This document shows positions 44,962-55,313 of a stretch of 58,339 bases of DNA, in pieces (position 1 is the stretch's first letter; every line of letters begins with the position of its first letter). The position numbers and the translations under genes are program-made. The notes under the pieces are model-generated. The model did not search any database. It had not been told where the DNA came from and saw nothing but the letters and a program-made list of their open reading frames with translations. Source of the stretch: a virus. Taxonomy: Duplodnaviria; Caudoviricetes. The DNA lies in the IMG/VR virus record IMGVR_UViG_3300017700_000657, positions 1 to 58,339 of that record. One strand, 5' to 3'.

Positions 44962-45477
44962 TCAGAACGCCGTCCGCGGTCGCATCACTTCCTCGTAGAT
45001 CGGGTCGCCCTCAGTCTTGACGATCCGCGCCTGCAGCTTGTCGAAGATGCGATACCGCATGTTCCGCGTGCGCCACAGAGACACGCGGCGTCGATCAGGC
45101 AGTTCGATGATGACCATACTCTTGTTGGGTGGTATTCCCCACACGACGGCATCGGTAAGCACGGGCCATCCGTTGATTGACTCGGGTGCGGCCGCTACCA
45201 GCGCCTCCGCCTCCACGGCTTCGTCGCCGATGTCCATGACCGGAGCTGGCGCAGTGTCTACCGCAGCCGGCTTAGCCCGCGCCAATTCCAGCGCAATAAA
45301 GGCCGGTTCGGCAGCGTTTTGATACTCCGGTGCCAGGCGGGCCGCGAACACGTCGAAACCGCGCTCCGCGGCGTAGGCTTCGGCCTCAGCGACCTTGCCC
45401 GCGATCAGTAGCGTGCGGACCCTGGCCTTGTCATTGGCGGCTTTTTGCTTGGCTACTTTTTCTTCTTTGGTGGGCAT
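44962..45477 (-). CDS. Hypothetical protein
   Basis: 171 aa; ACTACCATG start context. Confidence 0.7.
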   Translation of the reverse strand: MPTKEEKVAKQKAANDKARVRTLLIAGKVAEAEAYAAERGFDVFAARLAPEYQNAAEPAFIALELARAKPAAVDTAPAPVMDIGDEAVEAEALVAAAPESINGWPVLTDAVVWGIPPNKSMVIIELPDRRRVSLWRTRNMRYRIFDKLQARIVKTEGDPIYEEVMRPRTAF

Positions 45478-45516
45478 GGTAGTTGGTGGGCGTTGGCTGA
45501 TAGCGCGGGCGGCGTT

Positions 45517-46347
45517 TTAGTAGGCATCTAGGTTTAGGTTGCTCTCCGGCAGCGGCGTCACAGTCGAAATCTGCTCCTCCAAAATCGGATACGGAGCCGG
45601 CCCGATGTGCCGGATCAGCAGCCGAGAGTCGCACCAGATTTTGAAGCCTGCTTTGCGAGCGAGGTGCGAAAAGAAGAAGTCTTCGCCGAGGAAGCGGGAT
45701 TCGCCATCATGCACGGTGTTTAGAATTGCCTCAATGTCGTCTAGGCAGTCAGACGCATCGCCTATGCAGCTTTCAATCGTTTTGCGTATGCGTGCTAGCC
45801 TACCATCCGGCGTATTCGGCCCCACGAGCCCAATCGGAAACAGCTCTGTCATGGTCCGGGTCGTGATGCCACCATGCGCGTTGTCGTCTTCGTAGGTGAA
45901 TCGACGCTCAGGGAAAGCGTCGCACATCGTTCGCAGCGCCGGGACGCTAACCAAGAACATGCCGGTTCCAAAAAAATCCATGTCGCACAGCCCGCGCTCG
46001 TCAGGGAACGCGCCCTTCTTGCGCACCACTAGCCAGCGAATCGGACCCGACTGCTTCTTGACGTAGGGCGCACACACGATGGGCTCGTTGTGTGCCAGCA
46101 TCTGAAGCAACCCTTCTGGCGTCCACTTCATGTCCGTGTCGATTTGCACCATGATGTCCGCCTCGGTGCGAATGGCATGATCGGCCATGATGTTTCGGCT
46201 GATGTTGATGGCGGAGTTGCCGGCCTCAACGGACAGTTCAAACGCGTAGTCGGGATGGTTCAGCGCCAGCAGCTTCGCGTAGGCGTCGAACCACCAGAAC
46301 GGCAAGCCGCCCTTGGCGGAGGTGCAGATGAGGACGCGTTTTTTCAC
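45517..46347 (-). CDS. GT-A fold glycosyltransferase
   Basis: ISRN, IDTDM (DxD), GEDFFF and HIG motifs. Confidence 0.8.
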   Translation of the reverse strand: MKKRVLICTSAKGGLPFWWFDAYAKLLALNHPDYAFELSVEAGNSAINISRNIMADHAIRTEADIMVQIDTDMKWTPEGLLQMLAHNEPIVCAPYVKKQSGPIRWLVVRKKGAFPDERGLCDMDFFGTGMFLVSVPALRTMCDAFPERRFTYEDDNAHGGITTRTMTELFPIGLVGPNTPDGRLARIRKTIESCIGDASDCLDDIEAILNTVHDGESRFLGEDFFFSHLARKAGFKIWCDSRLLIRHIGPAPYPILEEQISTVTPLPESNLNLDAY

Positions 46348-46688
46348 TTCGCAGCCTCCGCCAGCACTGGCTTAGCCTTGGCCGAAATCACCACCGGAAC
46401 CGGCGCTGGCATATTTACGGCCATGATCACGACCGGCCGCTCCGCAAACACATGCACATATCCCGAGTTGTCCTTGAACGTGCCGACGTAGCCGCCGCCA
46501 AGCACCTCGTCGCCGAGCTTGGCCATGGTGAAGGTCAGCTCCTCCTCTGGTGCGTTATCGTCCTGAAACGTCCAAAGCAGGCACTTGTTGAAGCGGTGAT
46601 CGACGTTGACAGTCAGTAGCTTCGCGCCCGTGGGCAGGCTCAGCTTTTGCGTGGGCAGGATGTCGAGGGAGTGGGCGGTGATTTTCAT
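46344..46688 (-). CDS. Hypothetical phage protein
   Basis: LPTGAKLLTV...YVGTF...HVF motif. Confidence 0.7.
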   Translation of the reverse strand: MKITAHSLDILPTQKLSLPTGAKLLTVNVDHRFNKCLLWTFQDDNAPEEELTFTMAKLGDEVLGGGYVGTFKDNSGYVHVFAERPVVIMAVNMPAPVPVVISAKAKPVLAEAAK

Positions 46689-47389
46689 GGCGTAGAATTA
46701 GAGGGCTTAAAATCAGCAGGCAGCAGATCGGTGCGCACAAACTTGAGTTCGCTGCGGTTCAAATGCGGGCGAGCCTCGCCGGTCAGCGTAAAGCCAGCCT
46801 TGGCCATGTTCGCCTTGATTGGGGCGATCCACTCGTCGTTGTGAGTTTCAAGCATCACTGCACTGAACTCGCCCATGCGCCCAGCCAGCGTCAGCGAGGC
46901 AAGCACCGCGATTTCGGCCCCTTCTACATCCAGCTTGAGCACATCAGCCCGTGGCAAATCAGTAGCCGCAATCACGTCCACCTCCACCTTTTCGCGCCCC
47001 TCGACAGGCGGCATCATCAGCGACCACTCGCCGCAGTTGAACTCGCCCGCCTGCAACGTGGCGCGGCAGGCGTGACCGGCGACGGCCTGCTGGTGCGTCG
47101 TTACGCGACCGGCTCCGATCAGCATTTTGGATACAGTTTCCGACAGCAGCACAAAGTTACTGGGACACGGCTCAAACGCATGAATCGTGCATCCCGGCCA
47201 GCGTTGGCCCGCCCAGCGCGTGAACGCGCCCACGTTGGCCCCGAGGTCGAGCACCACGGGAGGCGTCGTCGGGTTATACGGAATGTCGTAGGAGCCGCGA
47301 AGCACGTCTTCGCAGTGATTCGGATGCAGCCCGTAGGATTTGGGCCACGCGGCTTGGTTGGGGTGCAGGATGGAGAATGGCTTGGTCAT
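46685..47389 (-). CDS. FkbM-family SAM methyltransferase
   Basis: VLDLGANVG, AFEP and LKLDVEGAE motifs. Confidence 0.92.
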   Translation of the reverse strand: MTKPFSILHPNQAAWPKSYGLHPNHCEDVLRGSYDIPYNPTTPPVVLDLGANVGAFTRWAGQRWPGCTIHAFEPCPSNFVLLSETVSKMLIGAGRVTTHQQAVAGHACRATLQAGEFNCGEWSLMMPPVEGREKVEVDVIAATDLPRADVLKLDVEGAEIAVLASLTLAGRMGEFSAVMLETHNDEWIAPIKANMAKAGFTLTGEARPHLNRSELKFVRTDLLPADFKPSNSTP

Positions 47390-47390
47390 A

Positions 47391-47633
47391 TTAAAATCTC
47401 CTTAACGCATCCGCTCCCGCCGCGACGGGCGGCACGTCCCATTTGGATGAGTAATGGTCGCGCAAAACACTGTTGACCTCGCCCTGCACGGTGCGGCCAT
47501 TGCGTTTGCTCTCAATGGCCACGTCCTTTGCCACGTCGGGCTCAATACGGACGAGGCTGGCCTTTTTTTGCTTGGGGAGGCTAGTGGCCTTTTGCTTGGG
47601 GCGTTTGCTGAATTTTTGCGCAGCGCGTTTCAT
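47391..47633 (-). CDS. Arc/ribbon-helix-helix-like regulator
   Basis: LVRIEPDV...SKRNGRTVQGEVNSVL. Confidence 0.65.
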   Translation of the reverse strand: MKRAAQKFSKRPKQKATSLPKQKKASLVRIEPDVAKDVAIESKRNGRTVQGEVNSVLRDHYSSKWDVPPVAAGADALRRF

Positions 47634-47677
47634 TGGGCTTGACGTGTATGCAAAGTAATACGTGTGTAAAGGACGAA

Positions 47678-47953
47678 ATGAACCCGCCCCGCAAAAATCC
47701 AGCCAAGGCGCAGCAGCAACTTGCTGCGCCGATGCGTGAAGCCGAATGCTCTGGCACGACATGGCACGAAAAGAAGGCGTCACCCGCATCAGATCGCGAA
47801 TCATGCCGCAACTACGTCCAGACCTTCATCGCGCCCGAACGCTACTACGGCGCCAACCTTTGGCCATGGTATCTGCGCGGCCCGTTCTGCGCGTGGCTGC
47901 GGAACTGGTATGCGCGGAGGCATCCTGAGATTTTTGGGGAGGATTACCAATGA
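47678..47953 (+). CDS. Hypothetical protein
   Basis: Follows a TTGACG -35-like element in the divergent gap. Confidence 0.5.
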   Translation: MNPPRKNPAKAQQQLAAPMREAECSGTTWHEKKASPASDRESCRNYVQTFIAPERYYGANLWPWYLRGPFCAWLRNWYARRHPEIFGEDYQ

Positions 47954-48285
47954 ACACCAACGGCCACAAAACAGAAGTATTCTGCCAGCGCGATCCGCTC
48001 TGGCACGGCGTCAAGTTCTGGGTTAAGAAGCGCACGAGTGACGGAACGCGCTCGGCATTTGCGCAGCCCCTAGAGTTTAAGGTGCTGACAGCCGAAGAGG
48101 AGGGCACCGAGTTGCCGCCCGCGTTCGCCATGCAGGATGAACAGGCACAGCAGTTCATGGATGAACTTTGGAGGGCGGGCTTCCGCCCGTCCGAAGGTTC
48201 TGGCAGCGCCGGCTCGCTGGCCGCGACGGAGCGGCATTTGGCGGATATGCGGGCGTTGGTATTCAAAACTCAACCACCGAAATAA
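47950..48285 (+). CDS. Hypothetical phage protein
   Basis: AQQFMDELWRAGFRP...HLADMR motif. Confidence 0.75.
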   Translation: MNTNGHKTEVFCQRDPLWHGVKFWVKKRTSDGTRSAFAQPLEFKVLTAEEEGTELPPAFAMQDEQAQQFMDELWRAGFRPSEGSGSAGSLAATERHLADMRALVFKTQPPK

Positions 48286-48286
48286 C

Positions 48287-48847
48287 ATGGGCAAACTATC
48301 CAAACGCCAACGCACCGTAAACCGCAAGCTCCGCGAGGAGCTGGCTCAAGCCAAGGCCCACATCGGGTCCGTGGCCGCATTCAAGGATCGCGAGATAGGG
48401 GCGTGGAAGGAGCGCGCCGAATTTGCCGAGGCCAAGCTGCGGCGCTGGCATGATGACGTGGCGCGGTTTTGCAGCAGTAGCACGTTGCTTCCGGTAAAGG
48501 ACAAGTTGAAATACATGAATCCGCACATGCGGGTGATGCCACCACCTGACCGGAGTGACCTGATGCGCGCATGGGAGAGTGATTTGGGCGAGTCGTTAAG
48601 GTCGGTGCCCACCGAGGAACTGATGATGATTTTGCAGAGCGAGCCTGCACTGCGCGAGGACATGACTCGCCGAATGCACTTCCGCATTACCAACGTGCCT
48701 GGCCAGCGTGGCGACTTTGCGTTTGCCTACGGCGTGACGCACACGGCGATGAAGTCATGCCGATACCCACGTGAGTTTGTCGCGATGATCGCAGAGAAAT
48801 TGGCTGTAGGGATTTGGGGTGAGATTTATGGGGAGGAGAAGAAATGA
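48287..48847 (+). CDS. Hypothetical protein
   Basis: 186 aa; coupled to neighbours. Confidence 0.65.
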   Translation: MGKLSKRQRTVNRKLREELAQAKAHIGSVAAFKDREIGAWKERAEFAEAKLRRWHDDVARFCSSSTLLPVKDKLKYMNPHMRVMPPPDRSDLMRAWESDLGESLRSVPTEELMMILQSEPALREDMTRRMHFRITNVPGQRGDFAFAYGVTHTAMKSCRYPREFVAMIAEKLAVGIWGEIYGEEKK

Positions 48848-49410
48848 AATACAGCTACGACGCAACATCGCTGCCGGGTGAGGAATGGCGCCCCGTTGTT
48901 GGATACGAGGGATACTACGAAGTGAGCAGCATGGGTCGCGTGAAATCCATGGCGCGAACCATTGACGCATCTGATGGGTCGCAACGCCGCTATCGCACGA
49001 AAATAATGACGCCGAAGAGCCGCGGAGAATACCTGTTCACAATCTTGAGCAAGGGACTGAGATACGAGAAGATTTCCGTTGCGCGCGAAGTCGCGAAGGC
49101 GTTTCACGGCCCGCCAAAGCCGCGTGAAGAAGTGAACCACAAAGACGGAAATAAGCACAACAACTCATCGCAAAACCTTGAGTGGATGACCAAGAGCGAG
49201 AACGCCACGCACAGCCATCGCGTCCTGCTGAAAAACGTGCGCGAGCAGAAATACAACCACAAGCTGACCGACGAAAATGTCTTACTTGGCCGAAGGCTAT
49301 TTGCGGCCGGTCAGGCCACCTACTCATCGCTTGGCCGCATGTTCGGAACAAGCCACGTAGCCATTCGCAATGCAATTGTTGGTAAGTCGTGGAAGACGCT
49401 CAATGGCTAA
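48844..49410 (+). CDS. NUMOD4-HNH homing endonuclease
   Basis: EEWRPVVGYEGYYEVSSMGRVKS; VNHKDGNKHNN...NLEW. Confidence 0.92.
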   Translation: MKYSYDATSLPGEEWRPVVGYEGYYEVSSMGRVKSMARTIDASDGSQRRYRTKIMTPKSRGEYLFTILSKGLRYEKISVAREVAKAFHGPPKPREEVNHKDGNKHNNSSQNLEWMTKSENATHSHRVLLKNVREQKYNHKLTDENVLLGRRLFAAGQATYSSLGRMFGTSHVAIRNAIVGKSWKTLNG

Positions 49411-51103
49411 AAAAATCCACTTCAGCGACGAATACCAGCCCCGTTTCGGTGTTCCTCATCGCGCTCCGCTAACTCCCGAAGAACTCGCCGGGTTAAGCGA
49501 GGAGAGACTGCGGGAATACATGCACAGTCGGCAGCTCATTGAGACCGAGAGCGCCAAAAACCCCGTGGGCTGGGGATGGACGCTTCCATCATGGGAGCAG
49601 GTTTTTGACCAATGGAAAAATTATAACGTCCACATTGTCCTAGGCGGGAACCAAAGCTCGAAGACGACGCTCGGCGCTCGCATGTCCGTCTGGGCTGCGT
49701 GCGAGATTCCAGAGGCAGAGGTCTACAACTTCCACATCAGCGACAAGCGCTCAATTGACGACCAACAGCGGTTTATCTACGAGAACTTGCCGGATTGGCT
49801 GAAGAACATGCCCACAAAAAAGGGCATCGCCCACAGCCTGCAATACACGCAGAAGAACGGATTCACTGACGGTATCGCCATCATGCCTCCCGTGAAAGGC
49901 TACCGCCGAGGAGGCTCAATTAAGTTTTATAATTATGCGCAGTTTTCCCAGAACGACCAAATAATTGAGGGCATTAAGGCGAATTTCGTTTGGGCTGATG
50001 AGAAAATCCCCGTGGATTTATTTGAGACACTGCGCATGGGCCGTCTAGGCACCTACCACGGACGTATGCTAATCACTTATACGGTCGTTGACGGATGGAA
50101 CGATGTCGTGGAACGCATTTTGTCGCGCACGCGAACACTCAAGACCCGTTACTGCAATCACCCTAAAATTATGGCAAACCTGCCTATCATGCAGGAAAGC
50201 CTATCCGTTGGATCGTGCTGTATTCACTACGCATGGACAGAGGACAATCCATTCGCGGACTTCAAGGAGTTTATGAAGCTGTATGGCAACGAGTCCAGAG
50301 AGGTGATCTTGGCTCGCGCATATGGGATACCAACCAAGTCAGTTACCTCCGCCTTCCCCCTCTTCAGCAAAGAATACGTCAAAGACGGCGGCAACGTGGT
50401 CAAACACGAAGACCTCCCATGGCTCAAAACCCGCAAAAACGCCAAGGGCCAAGACGTGCCGTATCCAGTCACGTTCTACATGGCCCTCGACCCCGCTGGC
50501 TCCAAAGCGTGGTTCATGGTATGGGTCGCCATTGACGCCGCCAATACGTGGTGGGTCTACCGCGAGTCACCCGAGAACGAGGAATGGGCCTTGCCCGGCA
50601 ACAAGCCCGGCCCGGCGACGACGCCGCGCATCCACGGCATCAAAGCCTACGTCGAGCACATCACGACCGCCGAGAGCGGCCCGGACGGCGACCGCAACAT
50701 CTACGAGCGCATCATCGACCCGCGCATGGGTGCCGCGGAGCGCCAGTCGCAGGACGGGGCTACGACGATCATCAGCGAACTGGACGATGCCGGGCTCACG
50801 TTCATCCCGGCTCCGGCCGCATCGTCCGAGGCTAACAAGGGCGAGATCGAGGACGGTATCCAGCTTATCAATAACCTGCTGGCCTACAAAACGGACCAGC
50901 CGATTGATGCGCTTAACCGGCCACGGATTTACGTCAGCGACAGGTGCCAGAACCTGATCTACGCTTTGCAGGAATACACGGGCAAATTGGGGGCGACGGA
51001 GGCTACGAAAGACCCGATTGATTGCTGTCGCTACCTCCGCAAAGCCAATTGCGAGTTCGTGCCTTTCGTGAAAGATAACGGCAGTCGGACGGGGGTATAT
51101 TAA
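49403..51103 (+). CDS. terL: Terminase large subunit
   Basis: GGNQSSKT (Walker A), VWADE (Walker B), ALDP, IIDP and KDPIDCCRY (nuclease domain). Confidence 0.9.
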   Translation: MAKKIHFSDEYQPRFGVPHRAPLTPEELAGLSEERLREYMHSRQLIETESAKNPVGWGWTLPSWEQVFDQWKNYNVHIVLGGNQSSKTTLGARMSVWAACEIPEAEVYNFHISDKRSIDDQQRFIYENLPDWLKNMPTKKGIAHSLQYTQKNGFTDGIAIMPPVKGYRRGGSIKFYNYAQFSQNDQIIEGIKANFVWADEKIPVDLFETLRMGRLGTYHGRMLITYTVVDGWNDVVERILSRTRTLKTRYCNHPKIMANLPIMQESLSVGSCCIHYAWTEDNPFADFKEFMKLYGNESREVILARAYGIPTKSVTSAFPLFSKEYVKDGGNVVKHEDLPWLKTRKNAKGQDVPYPVTFYMALDPAGSKAWFMVWVAIDAANTWWVYRESPENEEWALPGNKPGPATTPRIHGIKAYVEHITTAESGPDGDRNIYERIIDPRMGAAERQSQDGATTIISELDDAGLTFIPAPAASSEANKGEIEDGIQLINNLLAYKTDQPIDALNRPRIYVSDRCQNLIYALQEYTGKLGATEATKDPIDCCRYLRKANCEFVPFVKDNGSRTGVY

Positions 51104-51115
51104 AATATCCATTTA

Positions 51116-51128
51116 CTCGCTTGACGAG
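51116..51128 (+). promoter_or_regulatory. CTCGCTTGACGAG operator/-35 element
   Basis: Exact copy after terL. Confidence 0.7.
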
Positions 51129-51170
51129 AAAGCGCCGATGTGCGTGGGTTGGGGCGTGAAAAAATCCAGC

Positions 51171-51461
51171 ATGAAAAAATCCAGACTCAAGGGACGCCGT
51201 ATGTGGGCGACGCAAAGAACCTACAAGGACGACGGATTTTCCTGTCACACAACGAAAGCCGACGCCCTTTATTACTCATACAAAGAAGACCCCAAGCCCA
51301 TCCTCGTCGCCGTCATCCCGCTCGATGACGCAGACCGCATGATCTCGAAAGCGAGAGCTGCATACACGCACAACGGCAGCGAGTTCACCCACGAGAACAT
51401 GCGCGCCGCCCTCGTCGCCATCGGCGTGCTGCCCAAGCAGCGCAAGAAAGGCCGCAAATGA
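51171..51461 (+). CDS. Hypothetical protein
   Basis: 96 aa ORF. Confidence 0.6.
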   Translation: MKKSRLKGRRMWATQRTYKDDGFSCHTTKADALYYSYKEDPKPILVAVIPLDDADRMISKARAAYTHNGSEFTHENMRAALVAIGVLPKQRKKGRK

Positions 51462-51613
51462 GCGCCCCATCCATCGCTATCTGCGCGCTCGTCGCGCTTA
51501 TCGTCGGCCTGTTTACCGGTGCAGAGAACCCGGACGACGCTCGCATCATCGGCGCCATAGTGACGGCCGCAGTTCTCGTTCTGGTCGGCGTCTTGATCGG
51601 AGGTGCCCTGTGA
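51458..51613 (+). CDS. Small two-TM membrane protein (51 aa), not in the ORF track
   Basis: MSAPSIAICALVALIVG...; 4-bp overlaps on both sides. Confidence 0.6.
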   Translation: MSAPSIAICALVALIVGLFTGAENPDDARIIGAIVTAAVLVLVGVLIGGAL

Positions 51614-52323
51614 GCGCCCCCGCACAAGTCACCGAGGCGCACCGGAAGCTCGCTAAAAGTATCGGATGCGACCCAGCAAGCGAATACTGCCCGCAGGACG
51701 TGGATGCCGACGCCCAACTCATCGCCGACAGCGAGGCGAAGGCGGTCGAGCACGCAACGAATCGTATGCACGAAGAGGAATTGAAACCGTGCATGGACGC
51801 TTGCGACCAGCTCCGCGCCGAGGTGGAGCGGTTGAAAGCGGCACAGCCACAATCCGCATACTCGCTTAACCCCGATGACCCGGCAGTGGGCGACGTTTGC
51901 TCAATGGCGCAAAGCAACGCGCGGTTGCTAGAATCCGCCCGCGACGAACTCGTGAACTGCGCCAAACGCGCCGAGACAGCCGAGCGCGAGGTGGGGCGGC
52001 TGAAGGCATCGGTATTTGAGAACGCCAATCGAGCGGACGAAGAAAAATGCGCACGACTCGCGGCTGAAAATGAATCCAAGCGCCTGCGTAAAGCCGGGAC
52101 CGATACGTGGGGCGAACTTAGGACAGAAATACACGCGCTGTCGGCCCGCGCCGAACGCGCCGAGGCTAAACTCGCCAAGGAGCGGGCGCGGTTCAAGGCG
52201 CTACGCAAAGCCGTCGATCCTTTTGTCGCCGTCGTGTTTGTAAATCCCGAGGACAAGAAATTCCGTGAGGCGGCGGCAAAGATCGAAGCCATCGACGCCG
52301 CCATAAAGGAGGACAAATTATGA
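51610..52323 (+). CDS. Coiled-coil hypothetical protein
   Basis: 237 aa; LRAEVERLK and RAERAEA segments. Confidence 0.7.
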   Translation: MSAPAQVTEAHRKLAKSIGCDPASEYCPQDVDADAQLIADSEAKAVEHATNRMHEEELKPCMDACDQLRAEVERLKAAQPQSAYSLNPDDPAVGDVCSMAQSNARLLESARDELVNCAKRAETAEREVGRLKASVFENANRADEEKCARLAAENESKRLRKAGTDTWGELRTEIHALSARAERAEAKLAKERARFKALRKAVDPFVAVVFVNPEDKKFREAAAKIEAIDAAIKEDKL

Positions 52324-52592
52324 AAGACCGCACCGCCTACTGGCGCGAATACGCCCGCAAGAACGCCGAGAAACGCAAAGCCATCAAAGCCGCGTGGCGG
52401 CTGCGCAACAAAGCCAAGATCGCCGCTTACGCCCGCGAATACCGCGCCGAGCATGGCAGCGTGACGCGTGGCCCGCGACCGGCGCGCGTTGCGAGGCCGG
52501 CTAAGCCTGCGCCAGCCAAGGCTGAGGCATTGGAGTCGCTCAAGGAGCGGTTTGCGGCGTTTAGGGCGGCGAGGCAGGGAACTCATTTATGA
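52320..52592 (+). CDS. Basic hypothetical protein
   Basis: 90 aa, Arg/Lys/Ala-rich; coupled. Confidence 0.6.
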   Translation: MKDRTAYWREYARKNAEKRKAIKAAWRLRNKAKIAAYAREYRAEHGSVTRGPRPARVARPAKPAPAKAEALESLKERFAAFRAARQGTHL

Positions 52593-52780
52593 GCAACGAA
52601 AATACATGCCTTGCGGCTGCCATCGCATTTTTTGCAGCCGCGATTTTAGACTGCGCGCTTTACGCGAAAACGCCATCCTGGTTCAGGAGGTGGAAAATAC
52701 CGAGCCAAAACATGAGGCATTGCATTCCGTTTTCTGGCATTTATTTATGGGTTAAATACAGGCTTTCTATCGGGAAATGA
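52589..52780 (+). CDS. Small hypothetical protein
   Basis: 63 aa; coupled. Confidence 0.45.
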   Translation: MSNENTCLAAAIAFFAAAILDCALYAKTPSWFRRWKIPSQNMRHCIPFSGIYLWVKYRLSIGK

Positions 52781-53155
52781 AAGCATGGCCATGTCCGGCA
52801 TATCTACCTGCGCATTTGACACGATCCCCGCGATAAAGCGCACATTCGGCAACCGCCGAAACTGGCATCGTTTCTTGGCCATAGCCGATGCCATGGCGGC
52901 GGAGCTTGCTCTGCGTAGGTGGAGCACAACGGGCACTAATTTATGAAATACCTATTCCTGATCATCCGTCACATATTTCCGCGCAAGAGATGGGTCACGA
53001 TAGAGGCATACAGCCTCACTTTTGAAGGCAAAATTTACGGAAGGCGATTCATCCAGCGCGACCAATTCGGAAACCTTCGCCACTTTAACTCGAAGGTTTA
53101 GCCCTCCACTTGCATCTTGCCAACGCCCCGCGCTGCATTACGCGTGACTGTCAAG

Positions 53156-55273
53156 ATGTCATCCTTCGCGGGCACAACCCAAGTCAACGGCCAAAACTCC
53201 GACGCCGGCCTGCAACTGGCGCCCGAGGGCAACGACGGTCCAGATCACGCCCTCCTTTCGCGCACGTTCAACACCACGATTGCGAATCTCCAAGGCTTTA
53301 CGGACCAGTGCCAGGAGAACTACAACACGCGTTACGCCCTCTGGTCAGGCCAGAGCGCTGACGGCAAGAAGCACGCCCGCGAGGGACAGAAGATTGACCC
53401 GACGCCATGGGACGGTGCGAGCGATCTTCAGGTTTTCCTCACCGACGAGGCCATTATTTCCAAGGTGGCGATGCTCTGGATCGCGTTCCTGCGGGCCGGT
53501 ATCACCGCGACGCCAGTCGAGGGCAACGACATTAAGCGAGCCAAGACCGTATCCAACTTCATGCGCTGGCTCGTCCAGACGCAAATCCCCGAGGTAAACC
53601 GCGAGGTGGAGCTGCTCGCCAACTACATCCAAGAAATGGGTGTCGGCGCGATGGGCGTATTTTGGGAAGAGACGCAGGAAAAGATTTTGCAGAACGTCAC
53701 GCTGGAGATGCTTCAAGAACAGTTCCCGACACTAGACATGCAGGCGCTCCTTTACAGCGACGACCTGATGGACGATGCCGTGGCCATCTTCACCGAGATT
53801 TACGGCTGCACCGCGAGCAAGGCCCGCAAGATGGTGAAGGAGCTGCGCGTGAAGCAGGAAACGACCGTTCCGACGTTGGGCCGCAAGAAAAGCTACCCGG
53901 TCCTGCGCGCGTTCAACCTGAATCAGAACCTTTTCATCCCGAACTACACGACCGACGCCGAAACCGCATCGGACATGTTCCGGGTTGAGTATTACACCGC
54001 AGAGCAGCTCCGCGCCTTCGTGAATACGGCAGGCTGGGACAAGGCGTGGGTTGAGGCCGCGATCAAGACCTGCAAGGGCAAGCAGATCACGCAGACACAG
54101 AACGAATACAACCAGCCGATTTCACGCTCGTTCATGTATCAGCAGGAGAACTTCACCGACCTGATCGGCGTAGTCTATGCCTACCAGCGCCTGTCCGACG
54201 AGGATGGATACACCGGCCTTTACCTCACGATCTTCAATCCTGGCCTGCCCCCTGACGGCGAGCAGGACGGTTATGCCAAGTTTGGCTTGCTCGGCTACGC
54301 GGACGGAGCCTACCCGTTCGTCATCTTCCGCCGCGAGCACCTATCCCGCAAGCTGCACGACACGCGCGGCATTCCTGAGCCGGGCAAGCCGCTCCAGCAG
54401 CAGATCAAGGTCCACAAGGACAGCCTGATCGACGCCGCATCGCTGGCCATTTGCCCGCCCATGATGTATCCGCAGGGCCGTCCTCCGCTGCGGTGGGGCG
54501 CTGGCGCCAGGGTGCCGGAGCGTCGGCCGGGCGAGTATCACTTTGCTGACCGCCCCGCCTACGACCCCAGCACGGAAAAGAGCGAGGCTGCGCTGAAGGC
54601 CGACTTCAACCAATACCTCGGCTTCGTTTCAGCCGAGACCGATCCGACGTTCGCCGGTTACAAGAACCAGAAGGAGGCCGAGAGCTTCATGGCTGGATTC
54701 AGCAAGGTTTTCGCCAAGGTCTGGAGCCGCTACAAGCAATACGGCAGCGAAGCCGTTTACTTCCGCGTCGTTGGTTTGAAGCAGGCCGATCCGGTTGAGT
54801 TCAACAAGGGACAGGACGACGAGGAGTTTGATTTCCGTCTCACGTTTGACATCCAGAGCATGAACCCCGAGGTGCAGCAGCAAAAGCTGAAGGCGCTCGC
54901 TGAGGTCGCCGGCATGTTCGACAAGTATGGACAAATCGACTACGGCGAGGTCATCCAGCTTGCGGTGCAGACCATCGACCCGAACTGGGCTGAACTCGTG
55001 GTGCTACCGAAGGAGACCGGATCACAGAAGACCGTGAACGAGACGCACACGATGCTGGCGCAGGTATTCTCAGGCGTAGACCGCGACATCGACTTGAACG
55101 CGCCGCCTGACCTCGTGATGGCCACGATTCAGAATTACGGTCAGCAGCCGGACGTGCAGCAGCGGTATGCACAGGATGAGGCGTTCCGTGGCCGACTGGA
55201 CAAGATTGTTAAGCAGACCCAGATGCAAATTTCGCAGAACGAAAATAAGCGCATCGGAGTCTACGGTGCCTAG
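53156..55273 (+). CDS. Portal protein
   Basis: 705 aa between terL and scaffold; PWDGASD and TRGIPE motifs. Confidence 0.85.
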   Translation: MSSFAGTTQVNGQNSDAGLQLAPEGNDGPDHALLSRTFNTTIANLQGFTDQCQENYNTRYALWSGQSADGKKHAREGQKIDPTPWDGASDLQVFLTDEAIISKVAMLWIAFLRAGITATPVEGNDIKRAKTVSNFMRWLVQTQIPEVNREVELLANYIQEMGVGAMGVFWEETQEKILQNVTLEMLQEQFPTLDMQALLYSDDLMDDAVAIFTEIYGCTASKARKMVKELRVKQETTVPTLGRKKSYPVLRAFNLNQNLFIPNYTTDAETASDMFRVEYYTAEQLRAFVNTAGWDKAWVEAAIKTCKGKQITQTQNEYNQPISRSFMYQQENFTDLIGVVYAYQRLSDEDGYTGLYLTIFNPGLPPDGEQDGYAKFGLLGYADGAYPFVIFRREHLSRKLHDTRGIPEPGKPLQQQIKVHKDSLIDAASLAICPPMMYPQGRPPLRWGAGARVPERRPGEYHFADRPAYDPSTEKSEAALKADFNQYLGFVSAETDPTFAGYKNQKEAESFMAGFSKVFAKVWSRYKQYGSEAVYFRVVGLKQADPVEFNKGQDDEEFDFRLTFDIQSMNPEVQQQKLKALAEVAGMFDKYGQIDYGEVIQLAVQTIDPNWAELVVLPKETGSQKTVNETHTMLAQVFSGVDRDIDLNAPPDLVMATIQNYGQQPDVQQRYAQDEAFRGRLDKIVKQTQMQISQNENKRIGVYGA

Positions 55274-55313
55274 TCTTGCTTGACACCCCGCTTGGCGAGT
55301 GCCCACATAGGGC

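Noticed and set aside
48844-49410. HNH gene as part of an intron splitting terL
   Set aside because: terL is intact downstream with its Walker A motif; the HNH gene is free-standing.
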